Part shown: positions 35,049 through 47,707 of the stretch, one piece after another
How positions within the stretch are numbered: the stretch's first letter is position 1
Layout of the letters: each line of letters starts with the position of its first letter
Source: Chiloscyllium plagiosum
Taxonomy: Eukaryota
DNA: 53,087 bases
Reading direction: 5' to 3'
Assembly (NCBI RefSeq): GCF_004010195.1
Contig: NC_057720.1
Span: 11,309,039-11,362,125 of the forward strand
Position numbers and translations under genes: made by a program
Notes under the pieces: generated by a model
Told to the model about the DNA's origin: nothing
Databases searched by the model: none
Seen by the model: only the letters and a program-made list of their open reading frames with translations

Positions 35049-37034
35049 GTTGTTGTTGACACTGCGCCCATTCTGGGAAGTAGTATTCCATCACACTCCT
35101 GACCTTTAGAGAGGCTTTGGCAAGCCAGGAGGTCAGTTACTCGCCACAGTATCCCCAGCCTCTGACCTGCTCTTATAGCCACTGTATTTATATGGTGTGT
35201 CCAGTTGAGTTTCTGGTGAACGGTAATCCCTCCATTTAGATCCCCAGATGATTGCGGGCCCTTCAGATTAGTTTGTTAGATTAAAGTATCTATTCATTAA
35301 TCGACTCCTATACATAACTGGGGTTCTCCATCCTACCCACTTGCAACCGTTAATTAACTTGTCATTGAGTCAAAATCCTGGAACTCCATTCCCAACTCCC
35401 TCTAAAGATACAAGGAATGTCATTTAGGACTGAGCTGAGGAGAAATTTCTTCACCTCGAGCATGGTGAGCCACAGAGAACTAGTGAGGCCAAACGATTGA
35501 ATATTTTCAAGGAGTTAGGTGCAGTTCTGAGGGCTAAACGGATCAAAGGCAATGAGGAGACAGCAGCAACAGGGTTGATTTGGCTAATGATCATATTGAA
35601 TGGTTTGAAGGACCAAATGGCATCCATCTGCTCCTATTTTCTGTGTTTTGTATGTTTCATCCCCTATACCCCACCACACCCAAGCCAGGTGGATCACTGG
35701 GCTGCATGAAGCTGGATCAGCACCATCTTCTCTAGTGTGACTGGAGATACACAATAAATGCTGGTCTTGGCAGCGACACCCACTGTCTGGAAATGAATTT
35801 CCAAACTCTGTGCCACATTGGCCACATGTAACCCTCTCGTCAGCCATGTTCTTCAAAATCCCTCAATAGGCAACAACTTCTATTTGTGGAAATTCCTTGC
35901 TGTTTGAACAAGTTTGAGCAGGTGTGGAGTGAGCACCCAAGAAATGTTTGAAAATGGGTAAAATCAAACCCCTTAGTGAAAATCGTACGCTGGTTAATTG
36001 CCTCGGTCTACTCCTATGATGTGTAAAGAAATACTACTTGACGTGAATTATGATTTCCAGTTACTGACTTAAAATACAGTATGTTCTTCATTTTTCTGGG
36101 TGACCTTTGAGACAGGATGTCTTTTTTCCCTGGAAACAACTTTTTTTTCGAATTGACATTTTGCGAAATAGCTGCTAAACAGCCCGGAACATAAAAAATG
36201 TCAGCAATACATGAAATTTGCCTTATGTTATTGTGAGAAGGAATGAAAATCACATAATCTGGTACGTCAAGGAACACCCCACACAAAAACAATCTCTCTT
36301 CTGAGGTCGCAGGTTCCCTATCCTCAGCGTAGAAACTTGGGTGAGGGTTATAGAGCCAGTGCAGCATTGAAGTACTGTGTCCTGTCACAGCCATTGTGTT
36401 TGAGGTGGGAGGTTAAACAAAAGCCCTGTCAAAGATTATGTAGCTCTATTCAAAGAAAGTGAAGGAATTTTTAATCGATGATTTGTCCTCAGTGAACACC
36501 ACCAGAACAAATGATCGGATCAATGTTGCCAGCCTTATCAAACAGAGACAAAAATACTGGAGTTGGTGGAATCCAATGTAGACGGGCAGGAGACTGGAAG
36601 ATCACACCAAGCCAGGCAGCATCAGGAGGTGGAGAAGTTAACATTTTGGGGGTAACCCTTCTTAATGAATCTTATCTGATTTCTCATAAGAGAGAGAGAT
36701 TGCTGGTGGTGGTTTAACCTGAGGATCTCCACACTTCAGGCCAGGGGAGATGGTAACCTCAGCCAGAGTAGGAATTGAACCCATGCTGTTGGCATCACTC
36801 AGCATCACAAGATAGCCAGCAGAGCTAACCAACCTCCTTCATGGTAAAGTCACCATAGTGCTGCTCCCTCACAGAGGACCATAGGGCTGCTCCCTCATTG
36901 GAGAAAGCAATGACTTCATTGGCTGTTGTAGGAGTCTTCGAGGAGAAAGTGAGGTCTGCAGATGCTGGAGATCAAAGTTGAAACTTTATTGCTGGAACAG
37001 CACAGCAGGTCAGGCAGCATCCAGGGAACAGGAG

Positions 37035-37070
37035 ATTCGACGTTTCGGGCACAGGCCCTTCTTCAGGAAT
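37035..37070 (-). ncRNA. Minimal type I hammerhead ribozyme, identical mirror copy
   Basis: Exact reverse complement of 37072-37107. Confidence 0.75.
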
Positions 37071-37071
37071 C

Positions 37072-37107
37072 ATTCCTGAAGAAGGGCCTGTGCCCGAAAC
37101 GTCGAAT
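37072..37107 (+). ncRNA. Minimal type I hammerhead ribozyme (PLE type); predicted cleavage after C37103
   Basis: AUUC-CUGAAGA-A-GGGC(CUGU)GCCC-GAAAC-GUC^GAAU: stem I AUUC/GAAU, stem II GGGC/GCCC, palindromic ACGU stem III. Confidence 0.75.
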
Positions 37108-38133
37108 CTCCTGTTCCCTGGATGCTGCCTGACCTGCTGTGCTGTTCCAGCAATAAAGTTTCAACTGTTGTAGGAGTCTGCTGTGTGCGGATTGACTGTC
37201 ACACTTCCGACATGTGCACATCGTGTGAAAGAGAAGAATGCTGACTCCGCAATTTATTTTTTTGTCTGGACTTGAAACATTAGTTCTGTGACATCTCCAC
37301 CATACCTGCTGAGCTTCCCTGCACTTCCCAATTTTATTACTCTCTTGTTTCTTATCTGATTAATAAGCACACTGTTGTTCTCCAGAGTGGGTGAGATTAG
37401 AGTGGGATGTTTAAAATAACATGAGGACTTTTAGGTGGCAATTCCTATGACCCCACAGGGACAGGAATCCAGGACAAGGGAGAACTAAAACGTTAAAGGT
37501 CTGAGCTAAAGCTCAAATGTAAGGAATTCAAACATTTGGGAGAATTTGGAATGAAATGCCTCAGGTAACGTTTAGGTACAATATCAACCAAATCTGTCCT
37601 TCTCCTTAAATTTACTCAATGTCCCAGCATCCCTTGCACTCTGGGATAGTGAATTCCACAGATTCACCCCCCCGTTTGAGAGAAATAATTCTTTTTCATC
37701 TCTGTTTTAAATCTGCCTCTTCTTATCTTAAAGCTGTGGCCTCTCGTTCGAGTTAACCCCACAAGGGAGACACCTCTTGATGTCACCTTTGTAAATCTCA
37801 TTGAGCATCTTATGCGCTTCAATTAGATCTGCTCTTGTTCTTTTAACCTGCAGAGAGAATACGCCTAAACTGCTCAATCTCTCCTCACGACCAAACCCCT
37901 CATCTCTGGAGTCAGCCAAGTGAAGGAGGGGGGGCAGAGCAGATTAAAAAGTTTGAGGGTTGCCATGGCGCACAAAGTGCTGGAATATCCAAGATGGGCT
38001 GAAGGGCCTGCTACTGTAAAGACTGGCTGTGGGATTTGCCAGTTAGGCATTCTTCTTGAACGCTCTGAGCAGCAGTTACTTCCTGGATAACATCCCTTCT
38101 CTGCCCTGATAAATCAAGGAACACCGTATCAGA

Positions 38134-38348
38134 TGTGGCAGCATCTGAGGAGAGAAATCAGAATTAATGTTTCAGGGTCAAGTGACCCTTCCTCAGAACT
38201 CAACCCCAGAACATTCTCAGGAAGGGTCACTCGATTCGCAGCGTTAACTCTGATTTCTCTTCACAGACCTGCCAGACCTGCTGAGCTTTTCCAGCAATTT
38301 CTGTTTTCGTTTCGGATTTCCAGCCCTCGTAGTTCTTTCAGTTTTTCT
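38134..38348. mobile_element. Inverted PLE terminal element, family C, with minus-strand hammerhead core at 38162-38200
   Basis: Minus strand reads AGUU-CUGAGGA-AGGGUC(ACUU)GACCCU-GAAAC-AUU-AAUU. A degenerate opposite arm reads 'tctcaggaagggtcact...gcgttaactctgatttctct'. Confidence 0.72.
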
Positions 38349-39337
38349 TAAGGGCCACCTTGGGTTTTTTTTTGTGGGATCTTGCCTTACACAAGCCAAT
38401 TGCCACATTTGACTATTTTGCAGCAGCGACAATGTCTCAAGTAATGGTTTCCAGAAGACACTGTAAAATACAAAGCTTGCAAGTGCTTCCCCAATCCTAG
38501 CATTTCGTTAATGTAAATTTTAATCATTTGTAACTTCTTGATAAATTATCCAGATTACTCCACCTGGCAATTCTGTGCAGCCTTAAATTGTTACAGCATT
38601 TCTTTTTCAGATTTGCCAGGTAATAAGTGTTTGATATTAAATTTAATACAGCAGCCTTCAAGATGATACATTGTTAATTGTTTTTAATTTTGTGCTGTAC
38701 ATCATCTGACTTTTCTGTCAGGTTTTACTAACCCTGCATCACCTTCCCAGTCCACTGGTGTTTTTTTTTTTCTCTTTCTGTGTTATGCCTGCCAATTTTT
38801 ATTGAAGTAATAAAAAAAGGTGAAAAGGAATATTGTTTTAGAATGTGGTTTTGTGCATAGAGCTTTTACACCCTGAATGTTAAGCGTCAAGTTTTGCAGA
38901 ATACACCGGCAACATTTCAGTGTGTCAACACTCCCGTTTGGTGAGAAGCTAGCATCATTTTTAATGCAACTGACTCCCACTGCACGTGAAAGGAACAAGG
39001 AAGGACTGTTTAGCTAATGCAAAGAAACTCAGAAAACTAACTCTCGGCTAAAGAACATGAGCCTTGTTGAGAAGAAGATGCATTTCATCATAACTTTGTG
39101 TCTTGCACCCAACAGGATGGTTCGCAAGAGTACCAATGTTAAGGGGATACAATATTTTATGCTGATTGGTCAGCAAGTGAATTCTGCTTGCTAGACACTT
39201 TGTCAAGGACAATGCACCAGCTACATGATGATTGACAACGAACTGCCAAGCATCATTTAAGTTTAACCTAGACATGTTTGGCCCAAAGGAATGACCATGA
39301 TCCATTTTGTTAAATTGAAACAGACAACAACCATTCT

Positions 39338-39681
39338 GGGTGGCATAGTGGCTCAGTGGTCAACACTGCTGCCTCACAGCACCAGGGACCCAGGATCGAT
39401 TCCATCCTCGGGTGACTGTATGTGCGGAGTTTGCATGTTCTCCCCATGTCTCTTTGGGATTCCTCCGGGTGCTCCAGTTTCCTCCCATAGTCCAAAGATG
39501 TGCAGGTTAGGTGGATTGCCTATGATAAATTGCCCGTAGTGTCCAGGGAAGTGCAGGGTTGGTGGATTAGCCACAGGAAATGCAGGGATAAGGTAGGGTC
39601 TGGGTCTGAATTAGACACTCTTCAGTCTGGACCTGATGGGCTGAATGGCCTACTTGCACACTGTAGGGATTATATGATTCT
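39338..39681 (+). mobile_element. HE1 SINE (diverged)
   Basis: Box A 'gtggctcagtggt', V-domain and 3' tail. Confidence 0.85.
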
Positions 39682-39844
39682 CCCATTCATTCTTCAAAGC
39701 AATGCTTCAAGCAATCAGAATCCACTTGTCAACAAATCAGCACTCTCCTCCCGTACTATATAAAATATTATTTCTCATTGACACAGGTAATCTTGCAAAT
39801 ACCATGATGAAAGCGAGATGAGAATATTTGGAAAACTTGTGTTA

Positions 39845-40365
39845 GTGAGTTATGAGAAGATTTGTAGCTCAGGTTGAGGTTCTGGATATAAATTTGCTCG
39901 CTGAGCTGGTAGGTTAATTTTCAGATGCTTCGTCACCATACTAGGTAACATCATCAGCGAGCCTCCGGATGAAGCACTGGTGGCATGGCCTGCTTTCTAT
40001 TTATGTGTTTGGGTGTCCTTGGGTTGGTGACACAATTTCCTGTGGTGATGTCATTTCATGTGGTGATGTCATTTCCTGTGGTGACGTCATTTCCAGTTAT
40101 TTTTCTCAGGGGGTGGTAAATGGGATCCAAGTCAATGTGCTTGTTGATAGAGTTCCAGTTAGAATGCCATGCTTCCAGGAATTCTCGTGCATGCTTCTGT
40201 TTGGCTTATCCTAGGATGGATGTGTTGTTCCAGTCAAAGTGGTATCCATCCTCATCCATTTGTAAGGATACTAGTGAGAGTGGGTCATGTCTTTTTGTGG
40301 GTAGTTGATGTTAGTGTGTCCTGGTGGCTAGTTTTCTGCCTGTTTGTCCATTGTAGTATTTGCGT
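39845..40365 (-). mobile_element. Penelope/Poseidon-type PLE 3' end (family D) with degenerate hammerhead at about 39921-39960 and an internal 18-bp x3 repeat
   Basis: Minus translation ...KRHDPLSLVS...YHFDWNNTSILG*AKQKHAREFLEAWHSNWNSINKHIDLDPIY. Minus strand reads CTGATGA t gttacc tagtat ggtgac GAAGCATC. Confidence 0.8.
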
Positions 40366-40673
40366 CTTTTCACAATAATACTCAGATTCCTTACCAAAGC
40401 ACTACAAAGGACCACAATGACTTTGGGCTTATGTGAGCTGGCTTGTGCTTCCTAAATTCACCCCTGAACAGACTGCCTCTAACTTTTAAACAACTCCCCC
40501 TAGCCCTAAACTCCCTCACCATCAGAAATGGTCTGTCAACAACTACATTACCAATTCCCTTTAATATTTTAAAAATTTCACAGCTTATTAATCTTCCAAA
40601 TGCAGTTAATTTGTGTAATCTTTCTGTACAATTGAATCCTATGAAACATAGGAACGTAGAAGATCGGAGCAGG

Positions 40674-41331
40674 AGGAGCAAGCAATCTGATGATAAGGAT
40701 GGGAGTCAGTGATTACTAATCCATTTGAAATGCAGTATTTCAACTAGAAAAGTGTGAAAACCAAGTATCAAGAGGAGTGCACTGTAACAGGGTAGAGGTC
40801 AGGCTTCAGCTGTATGAAACTCTGGTTCGATCATGTGAAATGCTGTAAATAGCTCTGGGCACTATGCTACAGAGAAGATATGGAGTAGGCTATTTGAGCC
40901 AGCTCCTCCATTCATCACAATCATGGTTGATTGTCCAACTCAGTAGCCTAATTCTGATTTCTCCCCATATTGACCCCATTCACCCCAACTGCTATATCTA
41001 GCCGCCTCTTGCATACATTCATCATTTTGGCATCAACTGCTTCTTGAGGTAAGGAATACTACAGGCTCACCACTCTCTGGATGAAGATATTTCTCCTCAT
41101 CTCAGTCCTAAATAGCCTACTCCATATCCTCTCTGTAGCGTAGTGCCCAGAGCTAATAACAGCATTTCACATGATCGAACCAGAGTTTCATACAGCTGAA
41201 GCCTGACTTCTACCCTGTTACAGTGCACTCCTCTTGATACTTGGTTTTCACACTTTTCTAGTTGAAATACTGCATTTCAAATGAATTAGTAATCACTGAC
41301 TCCCATCCTTATCATCAGATTGCTTGCTCCT
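40674..41331. repeat. 222-bp inverted repeat (40674-40895 / 41110-41331), about 97% identical, 214-bp spacer
   Basis: Read directly on both strands. The ORF track shows the same peptide end RSKQSDDKDGSQ on opposite strands. Confidence 0.95.
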
Positions 41332-41609
41332 AGCAGTGCTAGGAGAGCATTTTAACAACGCTTTTAAGAAAGTAGCTATTTCGCCCAAATATCCATTAAA
41401 TATGAAATTAGCCAGATGTATAATGTAGAAGCGGGTGACCACTTTGAAGATGGTGACCGTAATAATAGTCAGATTTTGCATCATTATGGAAAGGATAGCA
41501 TTAGAACTGGAGTTTGAAATTGGGATAAGACTAATTATATGGAGCTGGGAAGTGATCTAGTCAATTGGATACAGCTACTTGAAGGAGAATCAATACAAGG
41601 TATTTGTAA

Positions 41610-42800
41610 AGTTACAGAGATGCATGGCACGGAAACAGACCCTCCGGTCCAACTCATCCATGCTGACCAGATATCCTAAATAAATCTTGTCCCATTTCCC
41701 AGCACTTGGCCCATATCACTCTAAACACTTCCTATTCATATACCATTCCAGATGCCTTTTAAATGTTGTAATTGTACCAGCCTCTACCACTTTCTCTGGA
41801 AGCTTATTCCATACACGCATCACCCTCTGCCTGAAAAATTTGCCCCTTAGGTCCCTTTTAAATCTTTCCCCTCTCACTTTAAACTATGCCCTCCAATTTT
41901 GGACTCTCCCCACCCCAGGGAAAAGGCCTTGTCTATTTACCCTATCCATTCCCCTCATGATTTTATAAACCTCTATAAGGTCACCCCTCAGCCTCTGATA
42001 CTCCAGGGAAAACAGCCCCAGCATACTCAGCCTCTCCCTATAGCACAAACCCTCCAATCCTGGCAAGATCCTTGTAAATGTTTTCTAAATCCTTTCAGGT
42101 TTACAAAGGGTTGGAGGGTTTCAACACGCATTGGTCAGAGGTCTCCAATCCAAAAAACAAAGTCCTGCCACTACCCTCTGTCTCCTATCTTTAAGCCAAC
42201 TTTTTATCCAGTTAGCTAGCTCCCCCGGATCCCATGTGACCAAACCTTGCTAACCAGTCTACCATGTGGAGCCTTGTCAAAGGCCTTACTGAAGTCCATA
42301 CAGACAACATGTACCACTCTGCCTTCATCAATCCTCTTTGTCACCTCTTCAAAAAACTGAATCAAGTTTGTGAGTCATCATTTTACACGCATAAAGCCAT
42401 GTTGATTATCCCCATGTTGATTAGCCCTTACCTTTCCAAATGCATTAAATCCATCCATCAGAATCCTCTGCACTTACCCACCACTGGCATCAGGTTCACC
42501 GGTCTGTAGTTCCCTGGCTTTTCCTTATCACCTTTTAAAAATAATGGCACCACATTAGCCAGTCTTCAGTCTTCTGGCATTTCAACCATGGCTGCCGTTG
42601 ATACAAACATCTCAGCAAGGGACCCAGCAATATCTTCCCTATCTTCCCACAGAGTTCTGGGATACACTTAGTCAGGTCCTGGGGATCTATCTACCATTAT
42701 TCATTTTCTGAGCTCCATTTCTGGACTATGGACACTTTTCAAGACCTCACCATTTATTTCCCCAAGTTCTCCAGCTTCCATATCCTTCTGTACATATAGA
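41610..42800 (-). mobile_element. CR1/HER1 LINE fragments (3' end plus RT-region pieces)
   Basis: Minus strand has LCYRERLSMLGLFSLE...RGDLIEVYKIMRG and, at about 42270-42310, an MDFSKAFDKAPH-type RT motif. Confidence 0.88.
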
Positions 42801-43124
42801 TGTGTTCACATGAAGAGAAGGAGTGACCTGCCAAATCGAGAAATGTCTGGTTTTGCAGAAGGATACAGGGTAAGACAGAGCAGAAAACGGAAGAAACTTT
42901 TGGGCAGACACAAAACTTACTTAATACAATGGACAGCCTAGAGATTTATAGAAAGTGCAGAGGTGGAAATAAAGGATATCAGGAAAGCACAGGAAGAGGG
43001 TATGAGGAAATGTTGGCAGCAAAATCATGGAAAACCCAAAATATTCTATCAGTAGGTTCAGAGCAAGAGGATAGCTAAGGAAAGAGTCATGATTTGGAGA
43101 TACCAGTATTGGGCTGGCGTGTAC

Positions 43125-43231
43125 AAAGCAGTGTACACCCACAACCACCTGATGAAGAAGCAGCACTCCAAAAGCTAGTGCTTCAAAACAAACATGTTGG
43201 ACTGTAACCTGGTGTTGTGTGATTTTTAACT
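43125..43231 (+). mobile_element. PLE terminal fragment (family B) with a degenerate hammerhead core
   Basis: cac CTGATGA agaagc agc actcc AAAAGCTA gtg...tgttggactgtaacctggtgttgtgtgatttttaact. Confidence 0.72.
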
Positions 43232-43634
43232 AAGGAAAGGGTAACACCTTACCAGAGTTGCACAAAGGAAGTTGTGCATTGATGCAGAAGGTGTGGGCAG
43301 TGTTCTTAATGAGCGCCTTGTCACTGAATTTATAAAGGGGAGGAATGATAGAGACAATCAAGTTAAAGGAGAGGTGTGTGAAATATTAGATACAATGAGC
43401 ATAATGTGTGAGGAAGTACATGAGGGATTGACACACCCGGAGGTGGATAATTAACCAGGGCCAGACAGATTGTATCCCAAGCTGTTCAAATTAAGAACAT
43501 AAGAACTAGCTGCAGGAGTAAACAATTCAGTCCCTAGAGCCTGCTTCTCTGTTGGAAATGGCCAGGCTGATCTCATCTTAGCCTCAACTCCACTTTGCTG
43601 CCTCTCTCCTCACAAGAGAACTAAAGTTCAACAA

Positions 43635-43905
43635 ATCATTGAATCCCTACAGTGCACATAGAGGCACTTTGGCCCATCGAGAATGCACCTAACCCCCTGA
43701 AGAGCACCCCACCCCCACATTTCCTGTGACTAGCCTGCACATCCCTGGACACTATGGACAATTTAGCCTGCCCAATCCACCTAACCTGCACATCTTTGAC
43801 TGTGTGAGGAACCCAGAGTACCTAGAGGAAACCAGGGAGATTGTGCAAACTCCACACAGTCGCCTGTGGGCGGAATCAAACCTGGATCCCTGGTGTTGTG
43901 AGGCT
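43635..43905 (-). mobile_element. HE1 SINE (diverged)
   Basis: V-domain and box B remnants on the minus strand. Confidence 0.75.
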
Positions 43906-44081
43906 AACAAGAGGGTGGTGCAGTGGATGTTGTCTGATAGATTTTAGGAAAGTATTTGACAAAGTCTCACACAGCAGATTGGTAAGAAAAATAAAAACTC
44001 ATAGGATATGAGGGAATGTGGCAGGTAAGATCCAAAATTGACTCAGTGGCAGGAAACAAATAAACACATCTTTTGGCAGTG

Positions 44082-44339
44082 TTTTACAACATGAAATCTA
44101 TCTTTCTCACATTACTCCTTAACATCCATAATCTGTTTATTCCATTCGTAATTGTGCCCATCTCAGGGAATAATCCAGAGATCGTAACCATATGTGACCT
44201 ATTCTTTTATTTTTACAACATGAAATCTATCTTTCTCACATTACTCCTTAACATCATAATCTGTTTATTCCATTCGTAATTGTGCCCATCTCAGGGAATA
44301 ATCCAGAGATCGTAACCATGTGTGACCTATTCTTTTATT
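44082..44339. repeat. 129-bp direct tandem duplication
   Basis: Units start at 44082 and 44211; only two differences seen. Confidence 0.95.
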
Positions 44340-44364
44340 TAACACATAGCTCCTGGTACTCTTG

Positions 44365-44730
44365 TAGAAACGTATAAAATCCTGATGGGACTGGTCGGGT
44401 TAGATGTGGGAAGAATGTTCCAGCTGTTGGAGAAGACCAGAACTAGGGGTCACAGTCGAAGAATAAGGGGTAGGCCATTCAGGACTGAGATAAGAAAGAA
44501 TTTCTTCACTCAAAGAGTTGTGAATCTGTGGAATTCTCTCCCATAGGAAGCTGTTGGGGCTAATTTATTAGATTTGTTCAAGAGGGAGCTGGGTGTGGAG
44601 CTTGCTGCTAGAGGGACCAAGGGGTATGGAAAGAGGGCAGAAGTGGGATAATGAGATTGCATGATCATGATTGTATTGAATGGTGGTGTAGGCCGGAAGG
44701 GCCGAACGGCGTACTCTTGTACCTATTTTC
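44365..44730 (+). mobile_element. CR1 LINE 3' fragment
   Basis: ETYKILMGL...NFFTQRVVNLWNSLP motif plus tail. Confidence 0.82.
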
Positions 44731-44874
44731 TATATTGCTGCATACGCTCCAATCAGGATCTCTTACTTTCTGTCTCCAATGTGGTTGGTCCCAACATAGA
44801 TATTCACCACTATCTTTTCCAGCCTGGTTAAGACAGGTTTCACCCTAACAGTAAATAGGTAACTTAATGCAACA

Positions 44875-45059
44875 CGGTGCTGGAAAAGCACAGCAGGTCA
44901 GGCAGCATCTGAGGAACAGGAGAATCGACGTTCGGACATAAGGGCTTATGCGAGAAACGTCGAATCTCCTGCTCCTCGGATACTGCCTGACTTGCTGTGC
45001 TTTTCCAGCGCCACACTCTCGATTCTGATCGCCAATATCAGCAGCCCTCACTCTCTCCT
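44875..45059. mobile_element. Palindromic PLE-terminus element (family A) with the central hammerhead region deleted
   Basis: 'gctggaaaagcacagcaggtcaggcagcatc...gagaatcgacgtt' pairs with 'aaacgtcgaatctcctg...gctgtgcttttccagc'. Confidence 0.82.
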
Positions 45060-47707
45060 ACAACACGAATCCGTCAATCCTCTGCTTTCAGAGCTGCCTC
45101 TTGGTTCCCTTCATTATTGAGACAGGTTCACAGCCCATTTAGGGTCAAGATGGCACCTCAGTGTCTGTCTTGCACACAATCAGAGAACCAGCGACATAGT
45201 TTTGCCTCAACGTGCTCTGAAGGTGATGCTGGTCCTTGCTAAGCTGCTCTTCAAAGTGGCAGGGGCTTGAAATGAGACCTTTTCGCTAATTTCTCACAAG
45301 TCACGCTGATTTCTTTTGCAGCAAACATGAACTGGCACAGAGTTTGTTCGAGAGATTGCAAAAGTACAAATTAACAATTACCTTAGCCTGAAATCAACAA
45401 AGAATTTATCGGTAGTCAGTCACATCAACCCCATACGCCAATTCGATGTAACCAATTGAGCCAGAAATCTGGGAAGTTTCTGTCAATCTCTACTGCAAAA
45501 AGAAGAGTTTTCATTAACTGTCCCAGCTGATACACCAAAACCAGTGAACATGTAAAAATCAGAGAGAATCCTACACTGAACTCGCCCCTCACTGTTATTG
45601 TTGTGAGACTGATTAATCTTAAATCATGACTAGAAAGTTCCTGCAGTGATAGCAATGTTCAAAAATCTCAATCGTCCCAGGGTATTTAAATTGTGCTACA
45701 TTTACAATCCAACAGACAGGTGCCCTCGGTATAATATTCTTGATCTTGTTGTGTTGCTAAAATATATCTGTTGAGTTAAGGTAAACATTAAGTTTATTTA
45801 AGCAAGTGTGGTGGAGGCAGGTTCAACTGAAGCTTTCAAAAGGGCATTGGTTGCTTATTTGGATAGAAATGGTGTGCAGGGAGATAGGGAAAGGGTCAGG
45901 GATTGGCACCAGATAATAGAACCAGAGGGTGCCCAATGTACTGAATGGCCTATACTGTAATAAATCAATGATTCTGTTCAGGAACATCTTACTGTGGTTT
46001 TATCATGTTGTACCCTGCAGCGTGAATCACTGATAGCTTGTGTTTGGGATGGAGTGCTGTCCCAAGTCCTCCTTCTCCAGGGCCCTATCTAATGAGCAGT
46101 GGTAGAGGACAAGCCACCATTGAGTCTTAACAAGAAAAGGCACTTGTCCTCTTGTCCTAGTTTATTGCCTAATAGCCGTAGGTACAAGTTACATTGACTG
46201 GTTTGGCATAATGACAAAGACAATCGAAGCCAGAGGTACCAGGTCTGACCCCATCAGGACCTGGTGCTACTTCTCCACTTTATGAGATCATCAGATTGGG
46301 TGGAGCCTTAATGCACCATTAACTGTTTGAGAATCAGTATTTTGTACAACACATCTTACCACCCAGCTGCTTTTAGGGAGAGTAGGAGCATGTGACAACG
46401 GTTGTTTATTGTGGACACTGACAAAGGACACTGAAACAGAAATGAGAAGCAATTCTATATTTCCATTGGCTTCTTTCGCCACAATACTGAGCTGAGCTTG
46501 CTTTTCACACATCTTCACTCATGTCAATTCTAAGGGGGAGTCCAAAGTTATTTGCATGAATTATGAACATTAAAGCCACAGTAGGGAAATATAGTTAAGC
46601 TTACCATAGTTTTACCAGCCCATAGAGCTGCTCTCTCATTAAGGAGAGAGCGAGACAGTTGGTGGTGGTTTAACTTGAGGGTCACCATGTCTCTGGTGAC
46701 AGGGAGAGATTAAGGAGTTGAGAAGGAACTGAACCCATGATTCTAATGGCAGAATCATGGTATCATTCTGCATTTAAGCAAGCCATCCAGCTAACTGAAC
46801 TAACTGACCCCCATGCAAAGCATTGATGGTCAGCGTATTGGCCACACCTAAGTAGAGAGCAGATAAAATTGGAATCGCTTTGTAAGAACGGTGAGTTCTG
46901 AAGTATGCCAGAGTGTTTAAACCTCAAAGGTTTAGCATTCAAGTGTTCAGGAATCAGAATTAATTTGGGAATGGTGTTCCTCCTAAGGCAGGAGAGTTAG
47001 CTTTTCTGAAAATGTTATATGTTTTCAGTTAGGAAAAGGGGATAATTGGTGTTGCACTGGTGATGTAACTGTTCTATAGATGCTCTATTCAACAAATAAC
47101 CACGAAGGACACAAACACTGATGTATAATGGATGAAGAGATTGCATTATTTATGTCACCACAAATGGCCATTTGATTCACTTTTATTTCAGAACAAGACG
47201 TCCAATTTGGATAAAGGACGTCTCAGGAAAATTGCAAATTGGAGGATTATAAATTTAGTACTTGTTTTCTGAATGCACTGTGAAGCAGTAAGGATTATAG
47301 ATTCCAGTCTTTGCACAACATTTCTCTTTATGTTTGAAGAGTGCAACTGGATATTTGCGGGGGAGGATAAAGTTTTATCTGAACCTTTCTGGATAAGTTC
47401 AAGCCATGAGAGATCTAGAGAGAGGGTGAGCGTGATGGAAATGCTGTTTGCTTTTTTCAATGACAGTTTAAGTATCGCAAGTTCTAAGATCCACTAATGG
47501 ATTGGCAGCTCCTACCTAACGCAAATCAGTTCAATAAGGTGCTTTTTGAGTGCAGCCTCTGGGTGACCAGTTTATTAAAGGTTAAATAAAACAAAGAACA
47601 GTAAAGCACAGAACAGGCCCTTCAGCCTACCAAGACCATACTGACACATCGTGCCTATCTAAGCTGAAAACCATTTGCCTGTACATGATCTGTATCCCTC
47701 TCTTCTC

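Larger units (their letters stand above)
36938..37164. mobile_element. Perfect palindromic PLE-terminus element with 15-bp TSD ctgttgtaggagtct
   Basis: TSD at 36923-36937 and 37165-37179. Arms 36976-37070 and 37072-37166 are exact reverse complements around C37071. Confidence 0.93.

Noticed and set aside
38611..38619. 9-nt microexon candidate (ttttcag ATTTGCCAG gtaata)
   Set aside because: Weak donor and no host gene identified downstream of the sialyltransferase stop.
47192..47497. Candidate exon after 'ttttatttcag' and nearby short ORFs
   Set aside because: All frames stop early and no recognisable protein similarity was seen.
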